Shown: positions 6,518-7,601 of the stretch, piece by piece
Layout: each line of letters begins with the position of its first letter
Numbering within the stretch: position 1 is the stretch's first letter
DNA from: Octopus sinensis
Lineage: Eukaryota
Direction of reading: 5' to 3'
Length of the DNA stretch: 7,601 nt
Assembly (NCBI RefSeq): GCF_006345805.1
Contig: NW_021828829.1
Coordinates: forward strand, 1-7,601
Notes under the pieces: model-generated
The model's database searches: none
What the model saw: the letters and a program-made list of their open reading frames with translations, nothing else
Told to the model about the DNA's origin: nothing
Position numbers and translations under genes: made by a program

Positions 6518-7601
6518 ACTAACAGCAGCCACCAAGCAACTAAAAGCCTCGAAAGCATTTGGTCCCGACAACATCCCGGCTATAATTTGGAAGGATGAGA
6601 TTTCACCCACTTTTGCTCAACTCTGCAACCACACACTTTCCACCTTGTCGCTCCAAAGATTTGGCACCAATCTCAAATGATTCCAATACCCAAAAAAGGC
6701 GATTTATCCCTCGTCACCAACTACAGGGGTATATCTCTAATGTCAATTGCTGCAAAACTGTACAACAAACTGATCCTAAATCGTCTTGTCCTTTTTGTTG
6801 AACCTTTGCTCCGAAAGAACCAAAATGGATTCAGACATGGGCGCTCAACGCTGAGCCAGATACTATGCCTGCGCAGACTTATTGAAGAATCAAAAGCATT
6901 TAATCACGATCTTGCAATGGTATTTGTAGACTTTTCTAAAGCGTTCGACTCTGTAGATAGGTACAAGTTGTTTGAAATCCTTAAGCTCTATGGGATACCA
7001 GACAAAATCATTTCTGCCATCAAGGTCCTCTACACAGATACGTCTTCAACCATCTTAACTCCTGACGGAGAAACATCATATTTCTCAATCAAAGCCGGAA
7101 TACTGCAGGGAGACACACTCGCCCCATTTCTTTTCATCATTGTTGTTGATTATGTGCTACGTATGTCAGTTGATACCATCTCTGGCAAGGGCTTTGAAAT
7201 AAAACCAAGAAGAAGTTCCAGACACCCAGCTGAGTACTTGACAGACACTGACTTTGCTGACGACATCGCTCTTATCAGTGATTCTCTCTCCAATGCCCAG
7301 TCTCTTTTACAATCTCTTGAACAAGCCTCAAATTGTTAGGTCTTTACCTCAATGAGGCCAAACTGAATACATAAACAAGTGCTGTCCAACAGTGATTGCA
7401 TCATCCATACTCTCAACAATGCACCTTAAATATGGTTTCTGATTATAAATATCTTGGGTCATACATATCATCATCTGGAAAAGACTTTCTAACTAGAAAG
7501 GGTATGGCCTGGTCAGCCTGTAATGACATGCATAAGATCTGGTCATCAAATCTAAGTAGAGACTTCAAACTTAAGATCTTCAAAGCCACAGTCGAACCAA
7601 T
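6513..7601 (+). pseudogene. Non-LTR retrotransposon (LINE, RTE clade) reverse transcriptase region; 5'-truncated, frameshifted, continues past the window end
   Basis: ORF 6677-7339 has the RT motifs IPIPKKGD, NYRGISL, QNGFRHGRST, FVDFSKAFDSV, GILQGDTLAPFLF and DFADD. Upstream in another frame (6513-6597): EELTAATKQLKASKAFGPDNIPAIIWKD (pre-RT GPD motif). Downstream in shifted frames: GLYLNEAK, TEYINK and (7432-7599) MVSDYKYLGSYISSSGKDFLTRKGMAWSACNDMHKIWSSNLSRDFKLKIFKATVEP. RTE assignment is from motif style, not a search. Confidence 0.95.

Noticed and set aside
6595-6801. Separate 68-aa ORF overlapping the RT
   Set aside because: An alternative frame of the frameshifted LINE; only RFHPLLLN belongs to the real protein.

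Overview
Repeat-dense, microsatellite-rich eukaryotic non-genic DNA with no credible host exon. The SINE and repeat families look like those of an Octopus genome (inference from remembered family sequences). Contents: three clear copies and one decayed head of a tRNA-derived CORE-type SINE (all minus strand); an old hAT-derived non-autonomous transposon with a transposase C-terminal remnant; a frameshifted RTE-clade LINE reverse transcriptase running off the right edge; and a highly structured ~550-bp block that is probably the detached 5' end of an RTE LINE. The main result is three type I hammerhead-ribozyme-like motifs, all on the + strand (935-973, 3612-3647, 4108-4176). They lie in three dissimilar non-coding repeats and share a non-canonical extra A after the CUGANGA box plus a palindromic stem III. 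The best one sits in a 468-bp terminally redundant unit preceded by an inverted copy of its own 3' end, the layout expected of Penelope-like pseudo-LTRs or retrozymes. Nearly all listed ORFs are microsatellite or SINE artefacts.
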